This document shows, one piece after another, positions 19,111 through 28,518 of a stretch of DNA of 64,000 nucleotides; the first letter of the stretch is position 1; each line of letters begins with the position of its first letter. The stretch is taken from assembly GCA_965220015.1 (NCBI GenBank), contig OZ244798.1:2273422-2337421 (forward strand), written 5' to 3'. Source of the DNA: Chloroflexota bacterium (GTDB lineage Bacteria; Chloroflexota; UBA11872; VXOZ01). A program made the translations under genes and the position numbers. The notes under the pieces are model-generated. The model saw only the letters and a program-made list of their open reading frames with translations, searched no databases and was not told where the DNA came from.

Positions 19111-20733
19111 CTAGCGGCTGTAGCCTGAAGACGGGTTCTCCTTCTCGGCAATTCCTGCGAGATAGTTCAGCAAAAAGGAGAAGTCACGGTAAGAGGTGAG
19201 TTCGCCCAACTGCCCGTCAAGCGTTTGCAGCTCATCCTGCAGGGCCAGCAGATCACGGTGCACCGGAGATTCAGCATAATCGAGATTGCTGTAGCGGTCT
19301 GCCGCCAGCGCCACGATTGCGCCGAAACGCAGCAGCGCCTCGGATTGGACTTCCTTGCTCGCGTCGCTCGCGCTCAACAGGGTGGCGTGCTGGCGGTTGG
19401 ATTCGCCGGTAGCGGGCGTTACCCAGCGTATCTCCACCTGGCCAAGCTGGGAGGTGTCTTGCCGCCCGGCTTCCGTGAGTTGCAACTCAAAGAAGACTGT
19501 CGTGGCGGCGCCAGCCGGAATTTCCGCAAACTCCTTACGGGCCTCCGTGAACGACTCGTCGGACGTTAAGCGGTTCTCGTAGCCCACGATGCGCCACACT
19601 GCGACCATCTCCGGGTCCCAAGTCACTTGGGCGCGGGTCTGGTCCGCAAACGGAATGGAGAGCGCGAGCCAACTATCGCGGCTAAAGGTCGCCCGGGCCT
19701 GCTCGACGGTGCTGAGATAGCGGTACCAGCCGTTGCCGTTTTGCGCCAATTGCTCCAACAGGTAGTCATTAAAGTTCTCAATGCCGACGCCGATAGTGAT
19801 AAGGCGCAGCGGATTAGACGAATCGTAGTCTTCCGCCGTTTCCAGTATTGCGAATGGGTCGGTGGCATCCACGTTCGCCACGCCGTCCGACATCAGGATG
19901 ACGTAGTTGTAGGACTCGGGGCGCTCGTCGCGGATGCGGTCGGCAAGCCGCACGCCAAGATTAAGTCCGGCCTGCACGTTGGTGGAACCATGCGGCGCAA
20001 GGCGTTCAATTGACCATGCGACGGTACTTTCGCTTGGATCACTGTGTTCAACGGTGTACTGGCTGATAACGTTGTCGGTGAAATGAACTACAGCAATGCG
20101 GTCCTGGGGACGCAAGCTACGCCGGATGCTCTCCGCAGCCTCACGGGCGATCGCTACGCGATTGCCCCGTTCCATCGAACCCGAGGCATCAAGCACGAGA
20201 GTTACGTTCACCGGCGTATCGTCGTGGACCAGGTCGGCTGCCTGGAACGAAATGCGCGCGATGTGCAATTCGCTGTCCAAGGGATGTGCAACCACGTCGC
20301 TCGTAATCGCAAAGCTATCTTCCCGCAGCGGAAAGGCATAGTCATAGTTGAACGCGTTGACCCATTCTTCCGCACGCACGGAGTCCGGCTCTACTCGAAA
20401 ACTGTTTCTCGCCCAATTCAGCGCCAGGTGGAACGACGTACGGTCCGTATCCAGGCTAAAGGTCGAGATTGCGTCGCGGGCCGTGCTCACAAACGTCGCG
20501 CGCGGATAGTCCTTGAACGTGGTCGCGCCCGCGATCTGGGGTTTTGGCTGTGCCTTTTCTGAGGTCGTTGGCTGTGAAGGCGCAGCTCGCGGAGGGGGCG
20601 CCGGCGCACGCGGCGCTTCTCTCCTTGCCTCCATGGCAGGGGCCGAACTTGTGGCGCTAGACATGGATCCACAAGCCCCAAGTAAGAGCATGCCTACAAG
20701 CAACAGTGAAATCGTCGTGAAGTATCTCTTCAT
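19111..20733 (-). CDS. vWA-domain lipoprotein, YfbK-like, paralog 2
   Basis: MKRYFTTISLLLVGMLLLGACG. Same domain order and long stretches identical to paralog 1 (e.g. GSTNVQAGL, YLLEQLAQ.GNGWYRYLSTVEQARATFSR, both end PSSGYSR*). Confidence 0.85.
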   Translation of the reverse strand: MKRYFTTISLLLVGMLLLGACGSMSSATSSAPAMEARREAPRAPAPPPRAAPSQPTTSEKAQPKPQIAGATTFKDYPRATFVSTARDAISTFSLDTDRTSFHLALNWARNSFRVEPDSVRAEEWVNAFNYDYAFPLREDSFAITSDVVAHPLDSELHIARISFQAADLVHDDTPVNVTLVLDASGSMERGNRVAIAREAAESIRRSLRPQDRIAVVHFTDNVISQYTVEHSDPSESTVAWSIERLAPHGSTNVQAGLNLGVRLADRIRDERPESYNYVILMSDGVANVDATDPFAILETAEDYDSSNPLRLITIGVGIENFNDYLLEQLAQNGNGWYRYLSTVEQARATFSRDSWLALSIPFADQTRAQVTWDPEMVAVWRIVGYENRLTSDESFTEARKEFAEIPAGAATTVFFELQLTEAGRQDTSQLGQVEIRWVTPATGESNRQHATLLSASDASKEVQSEALLRFGAIVALAADRYSNLDYAESPVHRDLLALQDELQTLDGQLGELTSYRDFSFLLNYLAGIAEKENPSSGYSR

Positions 20734-20802
20734 TACGCTATCTTCCTTGTTACGCTATCCACCAATCAATGCCAGGCAAGGTCTTGCCAGGACTTGAGAC
20801 TG

Positions 20803-22125
20803 TCATCTTAGGAGATGGGCCAACTCCTCCTCCACAAGGTTGACTACCAAGTCGTCCAAATTCTCTACGGTGTATTCGCCAACGTCATGCGACGTGCTGC
20901 CACCGTACAATATGAAAATAAACCTACCCATGGTATGCACCGCGATTTGCCGCAGGATGTACTCACCTTGCGTGTTCAGCCCGCTTGATGCGATTGGGAA
21001 GATCTTGATGCCCCGTTGGCTGGCACGAACCATCTCTTCGGCATAGTCATAGTCTTCTTGGTAATCCAAATGGGGTGGAGCGTCCGCGATCAGGAACACC
21101 AGGCGAATAGTCTCACCCAGTCTCCAATCCATTTGATTGACAGCCACGTGCAGTGCTTCGTTAAGCGATTCGGGCTCGTCGCCGCCACCGTCTGCCACAA
21201 CGCCTTGGATCGACGTCACGAATTCCATGATGTTCTGCTCGAAGGGATATGTCCGCGTTATGAACTCATCGCCTCTATCGCGATAGGTCACCATGCCAAA
21301 GCGCAGATCGGGCTGAGACGGCAAGTCGCTAATCCGGTGCGAGATAGAGAGGAGCGTAGACTTGATCTGATTGATCTCGTCGGCCATGCTGCCCGTCGCG
21401 TCCAGCAAGAACAACACGTCCAATGGGACTTGCGCAAGTGGTTGGTCTTCTAACTCAAGCTGGATCGCCCAGTTTAAGTCTTCAGCCCGGTTGAACTCGA
21501 CAGACTGACCTATGCCGTTCTTCTCAACGAGAACCGAGAATACTTTGGCGTCCGCGCTCTCCTTTACAATCTTTGGAAAGAAGAGTGCCTGCCCATTGGC
21601 ATATGTAAGTCCTTCGAATAGGCTGATCCCATCGAATGACACACGTACTGCAGCATTTGGAACAGGGTGACCGGCCGCGTTAGTCACGGAGATTATGTAA
21701 CGCTCGGTCACGTCCAGGTCATGAACAAGCGGTCCAATGTACTCGCTTCTGTACTGAAGGTACTCATCCCACTGTTCATTGTCATCGACTTTTCCCGCTT
21801 CTATTGAAGCCGTTCGGCTCTCGGTCCTGCTCGATTCAGATGCAGGAGCTGGTTCAGATTTCGCAGCAGATTCGCTAGCAGATTCAGATCTCGGCGCTTC
21901 CGCCGCCACAGATTCAGATCTCGGCGCTTCCGCCGCCACAGATTCAGACCTCGGCGCTTTCTTCGCCTCCGACACAGATCGAGGGGCGCTTGCCTCAGAC
22001 TCTTCCGCCGCGGGCGCCGCCATTTGACCGCAGGCCGAAAATATAAGCAAGCAGGCAAGCGTCAGAATAGTTGCCTTTACGTATCTTGCCAATGTGATCT
22101 CCTCCTTGATTTCTCTTGACTCCAC
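20803..22125 (-). CDS. vWA-domain lipoprotein with N-terminal tandem decapeptide repeats
   Basis: Signal with lipobox IFSACG. The repeats KAPRSESVAA / EAPRSESVAA / EAPRSES are encoded by the 30-bp repeat at 21881-21970. vWA core DVLFLLDATGSMADEI ... GGGDEPES ... FLIADAPPH. Confidence 0.75.
   Translation of the reverse strand: MESREIKEEITLARYVKATILTLACLLIFSACGQMAAPAAEESEASAPRSVSEAKKAPRSESVAAEAPRSESVAAEAPRSESASESAAKSEPAPASESSRTESRTASIEAGKVDDNEQWDEYLQYRSEYIGPLVHDLDVTERYIISVTNAAGHPVPNAAVRVSFDGISLFEGLTYANGQALFFPKIVKESADAKVFSVLVEKNGIGQSVEFNRAEDLNWAIQLELEDQPLAQVPLDVLFLLDATGSMADEINQIKSTLLSISHRISDLPSQPDLRFGMVTYRDRGDEFITRTYPFEQNIMEFVTSIQGVVADGGGDEPESLNEALHVAVNQMDWRLGETIRLVFLIADAPPHLDYQEDYDYAEEMVRASQRGIKIFPIASSGLNTQGEYILRQIAVHTMGRFIFILYGGSTSHDVGEYTVENLDDLVVNLVEEELAHLLR
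21881..21970. repeat. 3 x 30-bp in-frame tandem repeat (gattcagatctcggcgcttccgccgccaca)
   Basis: Two perfect copies (21881-21910, 21911-21940) and one diverged copy (21941-21970). Confidence 0.85.
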
Positions 22126-22777
22126 AGAACCGCATCGGCAAGACGCAAAAGGGAAAACGACTCAAGGGACACTCTGTGGAGAAAAGCACTTACACGAATG
22201 CTTCCCGCATTCACTGAAAAAGGAAAGGGAATGACCACAACTGGCTGGGAGGCAGACAGTTGTAACTATGGCATCACTCAGGCCTAAACGGCAATAACGC
22301 CAATGACCCGAAGTCAATCTCGCTTGTAAGTACTCAAACTATGCGGACATTCCACCTTATGAGGTACTTGCGGGAATTCAAGTCGTGCTTTAGGGAACAA
22401 AACGCGGTAACAAAGTGCGTTCAGGTCTCTAGGCCGCCCTCCTCTCTCGCATTACACCGACACAACACGGCGAGCACCACCCATCGCTCGCACGAGCCCC
22501 TACAACGCCCCCTTATCGTTCACTTACTCCACAGCCAAGCTACTTGACTGGAGTTTGTGGGTACAATGATTTCGGAGGGGTAGGTCTCGCTGTACCAATA
22601 ATAATCGAGCCGGGAAAACTTGTCTAGCCTTTTACGCCTAAGCTTTTCGAGTAATACACCCTCCGCGTTGGTTTTGACTCTATATCTACCGCTAGGTAAG
22701 CGCACATGCGCATAGTTGAATTACTTATCGACATTTATTAGAAGGACCGCAATAAGAGACTTGCTCGAACAGGAAGG

Positions 22778-23056
22778 CTATTCCACCTTGATCTGGAGCG
22801 TCAGCAGGAATTCAAGCGGGGCTGCTTGAACTTCCTTGGAGAGTCCCTCAAAAGCATCCCGCTGCGCCTGAGCCTCACCGCCGTGGGCCAGAATTGCTTC
22901 CGAGATCAGCGTCGCCCGGCCGTGGTGCAGGAGCTGCGGCTCAGATGCGAAACCCCACAGCTTCCGGGTCAGCCACACCTCTTTCGGTATGTCGTTCTGC
23001 ATCAAGTGGCCGGTGTTGAGGAACTCGCCCATGTAGTGCCATTTGAGGAGCGACGG
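22778..23056 (-). pseudogene. 3' remnant of a DUF1111 / di-haem peroxidase-like (thiol oxidoreductase) gene
   Basis: Only about 90 codons are open: ...LTRKLWGFASEPQLLHHGRATLISEAILAHGGEAQAQRDAFEGLSKEVQAAPLEFLLTL. This resembles the conserved C-terminus (LWG...PYLHDGRA.TL.EAIL.HGGEA...F..L....Q..L..FL.SL) of proteins that are normally about 450 aa. An in-frame TAG lies just upstream, and the FN3 gene ends at 23094. Confidence 0.5.
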
Positions 23057-23093
23057 CTACCAAAGGAGTCTGACAGATCGGGCATTCTTCTCA

Positions 23094-24161
23094 CTAAGGT
23101 GTGCCGATGACTGGGAACGGTTCGCCGGTGGCAATGCGCTCGAAGAATTTATCATCCGCGGCGGTTACGTTACGCCATAGGAGACCCATCGCCAGGAACG
23201 TCGGCCAGTCCGGGATGTGCCGCCACTTGAGCTGGTTCGCATCGTAGGCATATATCCGGACACTACTGCCATCGAAGAGGCGCGCCAATTGGTTCGGTTC
23301 AGGGAAGCGATGGTCCAAAGGTATTGCCCTCACTACCTCTACCGGCACGGAGAAACGCGTATTGACGATCGCCCAGGGAATGGAGTAGACCAGCGAACTG
23401 TGGGGCGCGACCCAGCGGCGCACGATCTTGCCGGTGTCCTCGTACCGGACGATGTTGTAGGTCTGACCCAGCGTTACGTCGCGTATAAAGCCAACCACAA
23501 CCTGGCTCGAACCATCTTTCGCAATCCAACCCACGCCGATTTCGAATGCGTTGCCGGCTTCATCGTGACGCGTGATTACGAGGCGGTCGCCCTTTACCTC
23601 GGTGGCCGTGGCTGCACTCGTTCGCCCTATCACCCGCGGCAAGCTGGAGTCGTCGGACTCAGTAGTGGTTTCTCCGGACTGGATCGCCCCCGGTATTAGC
23701 CGGACGGTTGTTTCCTCCGAGAACGGCCCAGCCCCGAGGCGGTTTGCCGCGGAAATCCTGAAGGAGTATGTTGACTCAGCGTGCAAGTCGCTAATTCGAA
23801 TTGGCCTCACCTCATCTTCGCTGATGACTCTCGAAATACTAAAGTCGTCACCCATCCTATGGTATTCGAGCAAGTAACGCAGGATTTCTTCGCCACCGTC
23901 CGCAGGTTTGTTCCAATTGACCTCGATGGTGTCAAGATTCACCACGCGCAACGACGGCGCGCCGGGTTGCTCTGGAACCGTGGGGTCTGCCGCACTTGCC
24001 GTGCCGGTTAATAGCACGCTCAGCATGAAGAGCATGCCCGCGAGCCCCATGCCTCGCAAACCATTGCGCCAAGCGGTGCCCATTGTCGCTCCCCGCGATG
24101 AAGAGGAAGACCCCACCGCGGACTTCCTAACCCGAATTCTCGTGCTTGATACACCAATCAT
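23094..24161 (-). CDS. Secreted fibronectin type III domain protein with uncharacterised C-terminal domain
   Basis: Signal (GMGLAGMLFMLSVLLTGTASA; likely start at ATG 24083). FN3 signature PGAPSLRVVNLDTIEVNWNKP...ILRYLLEY...STYSFRISAANRLGAGPFS. Confidence 0.7.
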   Translation of the reverse strand: MIGVSSTRIRVRKSAVGSSSSSRGATMGTAWRNGLRGMGLAGMLFMLSVLLTGTASAADPTVPEQPGAPSLRVVNLDTIEVNWNKPADGGEEILRYLLEYHRMGDDFSISRVISEDEVRPIRISDLHAESTYSFRISAANRLGAGPFSEETTVRLIPGAIQSGETTTESDDSSLPRVIGRTSAATATEVKGDRLVITRHDEAGNAFEIGVGWIAKDGSSQVVVGFIRDVTLGQTYNIVRYEDTGKIVRRWVAPHSSLVYSIPWAIVNTRFSVPVEVVRAIPLDHRFPEPNQLARLFDGSSVRIYAYDANQLKWRHIPDWPTFLAMGLLWRNVTAADDKFFERIATGEPFPVIGTP

Positions 24162-24572
24162 GAGACCTCATCTTTCCGCAGAGCTAGGCAAAGGCTAGCA
24201 TGCTACATTCGTGGGCACATAACGACTATCTAATTCATCAATTCTAGAATCAGAGAATAGCGGTCAAGACTTCGTGGAATGCGTCTAAGCTAGGTTCAGT
24301 GGGGACTTCAGGAAGAGCGTTGCATTGATATATGTCATTGTCAACACGATTAGCGCAGAGGGAGCGAATACAGGGCGTGAGATGGGTCCATCCAAGAAAT
24401 TCTTTACAAGAATCTCAGGGCACTTGCTGCCAGGCATTGCCGCCGGGCGTTCCAAGGAACAGACTTACCGGCATCACGCCAATGGCGCTAGACGCCCAAA
24501 GCGACTAAAGAAGGGACTTACGGTTGACCTGGAACAGCCTCAAACTGCACTGCATACAGCCATACCGCACTA

Positions 24573-24648
24573 TGGTGGACCCGATCGGGGTCGAACCGAC
24601 GACCTCGTGAATGCCATTCACGCGCTCTCCCAACTGAGCTACGGGCCC
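24573..24648 (-). tRNA. tRNA-Ala (anticodon GGC), CCA encoded
   Basis: The reverse complement GGGCCCGTAGCTCAGTTGGGAGAGCGCGTGAATGGCATTCACGAGGTCGTCGGTTCGACCCCGATCGGGTCCACCA folds as a cloverleaf. Anticodon loop is AT-GGC-AT. The G3:U70 alanine identity pair is present. Confidence 0.9.
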
Positions 24649-24734
24649 GCATTAGACTATAATTGTAGCATCGAACCAGGAGTCACGTAAACGCACCCTT
24701 AGCAAGCCAAGAGGCGCATGAGCAAAGGAGTCCT

Positions 24735-25790
24735 ATGATGGCTACCTACCGTGTTGGTATCGTCGGCTGTACCGGCATTGCCAGTCAGCCTGCGCGAGCG
24801 TTGTCGCATCCCATTCTCGGCACTGTTGCACCGCATTCGCACGCGGCGGGCTATGATTGCGTCCCCGCGACGGAAGTCGTTGCGGTGTGCGACCTGGTGC
24901 CGGAGCGCACCCAGGATTTCGTCTCCACATGGCAGCACCGGTGGCCCGCAATAACCCAATACCAAGACTATCGCGAGATGCTGGCGCATGAGAACTTGGA
25001 CATGGTGAGCGTGGTGACTTCCGATCACCGCCACGCCGACATTACCGTTGACGCCGCGGCAGCGGGGGCGCGCGCCATCTTCTGCGAGAAGCCGCTGGCC
25101 ACCACGCTCGCCGACGCCGACCGTATGATCGCGGCCATAGAAAAGCACGGCGTCTTTCTTTCCGTAGATCACAGCCGTCGTTGGCAACCCCAGTGGTATG
25201 AAGCGCGTGCAGCGATCCGCAACGGCGAAATCGGCCCGGTGCGCGCCATCGTCGGCAAACTTGGCGGCGCGCGCGCCATGCTCTTTCGTAACGGCACGCA
25301 CCTGATGGATGCGATTTGCTTCTTGGCTGACGGGGAGCCGGAGTGGCTGACGGCGCGATACGACAACCGCTTTGCGGACTACGGACCGCGCTACGCCGGC
25401 GACGGCGGACACGATCCCGCCACTGATCCCGGCGTGTGCGCCTTCTTTCTCTTTTCGAACGGCGTGCGCGCGCTCTATAGCGGCGGGCAAGACGTCTTTC
25501 CGCGCTTCGAATTAGAAGTCATGGGAGAAACAGGGCGGATCCGCTTGGGCAATTCCGGTCCCGACGAATTGGAAACCGACGACGGCGTACAAGCGCTGCC
25601 GGCGGCTGCGGCAACGGTCTCAGGCAGCGCCGCCGCAATTGAAGAACTCATCGCATTGGTAGAAGGACGAGGCGCCTTGCCCCAGATCTCAGGACCCTAC
25701 GACGGACGGAGGGTGGTAGAAGTGCTCGTTGCCACGGTGCAATCGGCCTCCCAGAACGGCGCGCCGATCACGTTTCCGGTCAAAGAGTAG
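24735..25790 (+). CDS. Gfo/Idh/MocA family oxidoreductase
   Basis: N-terminal Rossmann motif YRVGIVGCTGIAS. EKPLATTLADADRMI (the family EKP motif). 351 aa. RBS aaaggag upstream. Confidence 0.85.
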   Translation: MMATYRVGIVGCTGIASQPARALSHPILGTVAPHSHAAGYDCVPATEVVAVCDLVPERTQDFVSTWQHRWPAITQYQDYREMLAHENLDMVSVVTSDHRHADITVDAAAAGARAIFCEKPLATTLADADRMIAAIEKHGVFLSVDHSRRWQPQWYEARAAIRNGEIGPVRAIVGKLGGARAMLFRNGTHLMDAICFLADGEPEWLTARYDNRFADYGPRYAGDGGHDPATDPGVCAFFLFSNGVRALYSGGQDVFPRFELEVMGETGRIRLGNSGPDELETDDGVQALPAAAATVSGSAAAIEELIALVEGRGALPQISGPYDGRRVVEVLVATVQSASQNGAPITFPVKE

Positions 25791-25822
25791 GGGCTCTCTA
25801 TTCCCAACTACGTTGCTTAGAC

Positions 25823-25859
25823 CCGCACGCCCACAATCGCCTCGGGGGTGGGCGTGCGG
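25823..25859. terminator. Perfect 12-bp stem hairpin between convergent genes (possible bidirectional terminator)
   Basis: ccgcacgcccac (25823-25834), a 13-nt loop, then gtgggcgtgcgg (25848-25859). No clear U-run follows, so terminator function is uncertain. Confidence 0.35.
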
Positions 25860-25960
25860 ATCCCTACTTGCTATTGGAATACTCCGGCAAGACATCTGTG
25901 GGTCCAGTGGAACGGGGAGTCGAGTTTCTCGCTGTTGGCGGCAGACGCGAGGCGCGAGGC

Positions 25961-25991
25961 GGATGGATTCCCGCGCACGCGGGAATGACGG
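25961..25991. repeat. REP-like hairpin, family B (ggatggattcccgc-NNNN-gcgggaatgacgg)
   Basis: ggatggattcccgcgcacgcgggaatgacgg. Near-identical copy at 44401-44430, degenerate inverted copy at 8501-8527. Confidence 0.65.
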
Positions 25992-26072
25992 AGAGAGGTT
26001 CTGCCTCCCTCTTTCTCTTAGACTGCTTCACTCACAAGGAGAACTGCATCCCCAGTCCGCCGCCAATTCGGC

Positions 26073-28517
26073 TTATGTTCGCACACGCTGCTTCAGCCAA
26101 AAGTAGATGCGGAAAGGCAGCATTTGGTGGTAGCGCTGCAGCGTGGCCTCCAGACCGTTGATTGCCTCGTCCTTTGCTTGCACAACTTCGCGGATGTACT
26201 GGTCCTTCTGCATCACGGTATCTTCCATGAATTGCAGCCGGCCTTCCAAGGCTTCATGCTGCTCCAGGAGATCGCTCACCCAGCCGTGCATCCATTCCTC
26301 AAAGCGGCCGGCGTCTTGGCTACCGTCCGCCGCAAGTGGCGGCCGTTCTGCATCTGCCTCCCGCAGGGCATCCTCCACCCCCTGCACAAAAGCGTGGCGC
26401 AGTACTGTGGCATAGTATTCTTCCCTGAGTTGCGGGTTAGCGATTTCGGTGACGCCTATATCGTCCGCCAAGTGAGGGTACTTGCCCATCATCCGTACCG
26501 CTGACTTCCCAGCGGCGCGCTGGCGTTTAAGGAATTGCTCCAAGTCTACCGCCACGGCATGGTAGGCTACGGCGCGTTCGTTGAACACCAGACGTATGCC
26601 CCGCTGCTGTAAGCGATAAGCAAGGTCGGCGTCTTCGTAGAAGCGCAGCGTCTCGTCGAAACCTCCAATGGTAAGAAAGTCTTCCCGCCACAACGAGCAA
26701 TTTGCCGTGTAGAAGCAAGTGAACGGCAGGTTTTCGGGATTGGTAATGCGGTTGAATGCAAAGAGCACGCCCCGCAAGGCCATCTCCATAAACGGCGAGA
26801 CTTCCAGGTCCGGATGCCAAGGGGTATACCCGGCAACCGCGAAGCCCGCGCCCCTGCTGAGGTGTGTCTGCACATGCTCCTCGATGAAGCGCGAGTGCGG
26901 GACGCAGTCGTCGTCAAAGAACACCAGCAGATCGCCGGTCGCGGCGCCTATCGCCAAGTTACGCGCTGCCGCGGGACCTGCGTTTTCCTGTCGAATCATG
27001 CGCCAACTCTCGCGTTCGCCGCAGATGGCGCCAAGTATGGAAGGCGTGTCGTCGTCTGAACCATCATCGACAAAGAGCACTTCGCTAGGTGGATGGCTCT
27101 GCCCCGCAAGACCCTCCGCCAGTCGCGGCAAGAGATGCGCGCGATTGTAGGTTGGAATTATCACGCTTACGCTGGGGGCCGTCTCCGGCGGAATCGCCGC
27201 TGCAGACTCCTGATATGCCAACAGCCCTGCTCGTGGCGGAGGCAGTCTACCTGGGAAGACCGTCGCGGCGTCGGCGCGGCATTCCTGTTGCTCCTTTGCC
27301 ATCACATCCATCTGCGCTTCCAATCCCAGCGCCCGTACAATTATCGGAAAGAGCTCCTGCATTGTTAGTGTAGCGTGGCCTGGCGCCCAATCGATAGTGT
27401 GCGCAATGTAGCGGCTCCAGTTGTCTTTCGCGTCAGGCAGGTAGCCGTGCATGCCCTGCACTGCTTCCGTTTGGAAGAAGTTGGGGCAAATCAGGACACC
27501 AGCTTCCGTCGCATACATTATCTCGCCGTACGGGCTGCTGTCGGCATACGCCACACCAAGCTCTTTTCGCTCAATCTCAGTAAGCCGCCGGATGCCGTCA
27601 AGCCCAGCGAGCGCCCGGCAGAGCGCGGTCTCTGCCGCTTTGTGCTCCGGCCACAGCCGGACGCCGGTAGAGTCGAGAAAGTACACATAGTCTTCCGGCA
27701 TTGAGAGGCCGGTTTGGGCCAGCGCCGCCTGTACGTCCACCGTTCGCTCCACGGCAACCATGCCATGATCGCCAAACACGAGAGTGGCCGCGCTTCCATG
27801 CATTTCCTGCATCGAGGCGCAAATCCGCTCCACCGCATGGTCAATGCCTCGCAGCGCGGCGAGCACCTGACGACTGCCGGGACCATGCTCATGCCCAAGC
27901 CAGTCAAGTTCGCCGAAGTGCAAGTAGACCAGTCTGTGTTCCGGCCTTACGGCCGCACCAAACTGCGCCAGGAGGTTCTCTGTCCGTTGGTCGTCGCGGG
28001 GATGTCCGAGGGCGAGCCAGGACCTGCCGGCGCGACGCAACAGATCGTACACACTAGGCACGCCGAGCGCGCCATACTCCTGAGAATCGCGCTCCCAGCC
28101 AAACGCGAACTGCGGCAACAGCGCGGGAGGAATGCGCGCGGTCATGCCGTAACAGGCGGAGGCGCTGTGTCCATTCTCATTCTCGATCCTGTGCGTCTTA
28201 CGATCCCAGAGCGGACGCAGCACCCTCTCCAATTGTGGATGCTTCTCTAGAACGTCATCCGTAGGAATATCAATCTCTTGGAAGGGAGAGGCAGCGGGGT
28301 TGCGCACAAACATGGTGTGGCCGACTGCAGTCTCATTGGGCAAGCAGCCGGTCAGGAAGCCGGGATGCTCTTGAAAGCCATACGTTGAAATGAGCGGGCC
28401 GGACTTGCCCTCTTGCATGAGCCCGTAGAGAAACGGCGCGCTCTGCGGTGTCACGTAGTCGTGACGCAGCGCGTCGATCAAGAGAAGGGTGAGAGGCGGG
28501 TGAAGAAGAGTTGACAT
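26073..28517 (-). CDS. Three-module fusion: alkaline-phosphatase-superfamily phosphodiesterase/nucleotide pyrophosphatase, family 2 glycosyltransferase, C-terminal coiled coil
   Basis: N-terminus: LLLIDALRHDY ... LVFGDHGM (type I phosphodiesterase motifs). Middle: VSVIIPTYNRAHLL...VLFVDDGSDDDT...VFFDDDC (GT2 DxD). C-terminus: heptad-like LEQHEALEGRLQFMEDTVMQKDQYIREVVQAKDEAINGLEATLQRY. Confidence 0.75.
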   Translation of the reverse strand: MSTLLHPPLTLLLIDALRHDYVTPQSAPFLYGLMQEGKSGPLISTYGFQEHPGFLTGCLPNETAVGHTMFVRNPAASPFQEIDIPTDDVLEKHPQLERVLRPLWDRKTHRIENENGHSASACYGMTARIPPALLPQFAFGWERDSQEYGALGVPSVYDLLRRAGRSWLALGHPRDDQRTENLLAQFGAAVRPEHRLVYLHFGELDWLGHEHGPGSRQVLAALRGIDHAVERICASMQEMHGSAATLVFGDHGMVAVERTVDVQAALAQTGLSMPEDYVYFLDSTGVRLWPEHKAAETALCRALAGLDGIRRLTEIERKELGVAYADSSPYGEIMYATEAGVLICPNFFQTEAVQGMHGYLPDAKDNWSRYIAHTIDWAPGHATLTMQELFPIIVRALGLEAQMDVMAKEQQECRADAATVFPGRLPPPRAGLLAYQESAAAIPPETAPSVSVIIPTYNRAHLLPRLAEGLAGQSHPPSEVLFVDDGSDDDTPSILGAICGERESWRMIRQENAGPAAARNLAIGAATGDLLVFFDDDCVPHSRFIEEHVQTHLSRGAGFAVAGYTPWHPDLEVSPFMEMALRGVLFAFNRITNPENLPFTCFYTANCSLWREDFLTIGGFDETLRFYEDADLAYRLQQRGIRLVFNERAVAYHAVAVDLEQFLKRQRAAGKSAVRMMGKYPHLADDIGVTEIANPQLREEYYATVLRHAFVQGVEDALREADAERPPLAADGSQDAGRFEEWMHGWVSDLLEQHEALEGRLQFMEDTVMQKDQYIREVVQAKDEAINGLEATLQRYHQMLPFRIYFWLKQRVRT

Positions 28518-28518
28518 A

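Noticed and set aside
22341-22705. Small ORFs (61-68 aa) in the lower-GC gap between the vWA gene and the DUF1111 remnant.
   Set aside because: They have no RBS, no motif and an odd composition. The region looks like decayed DNA.
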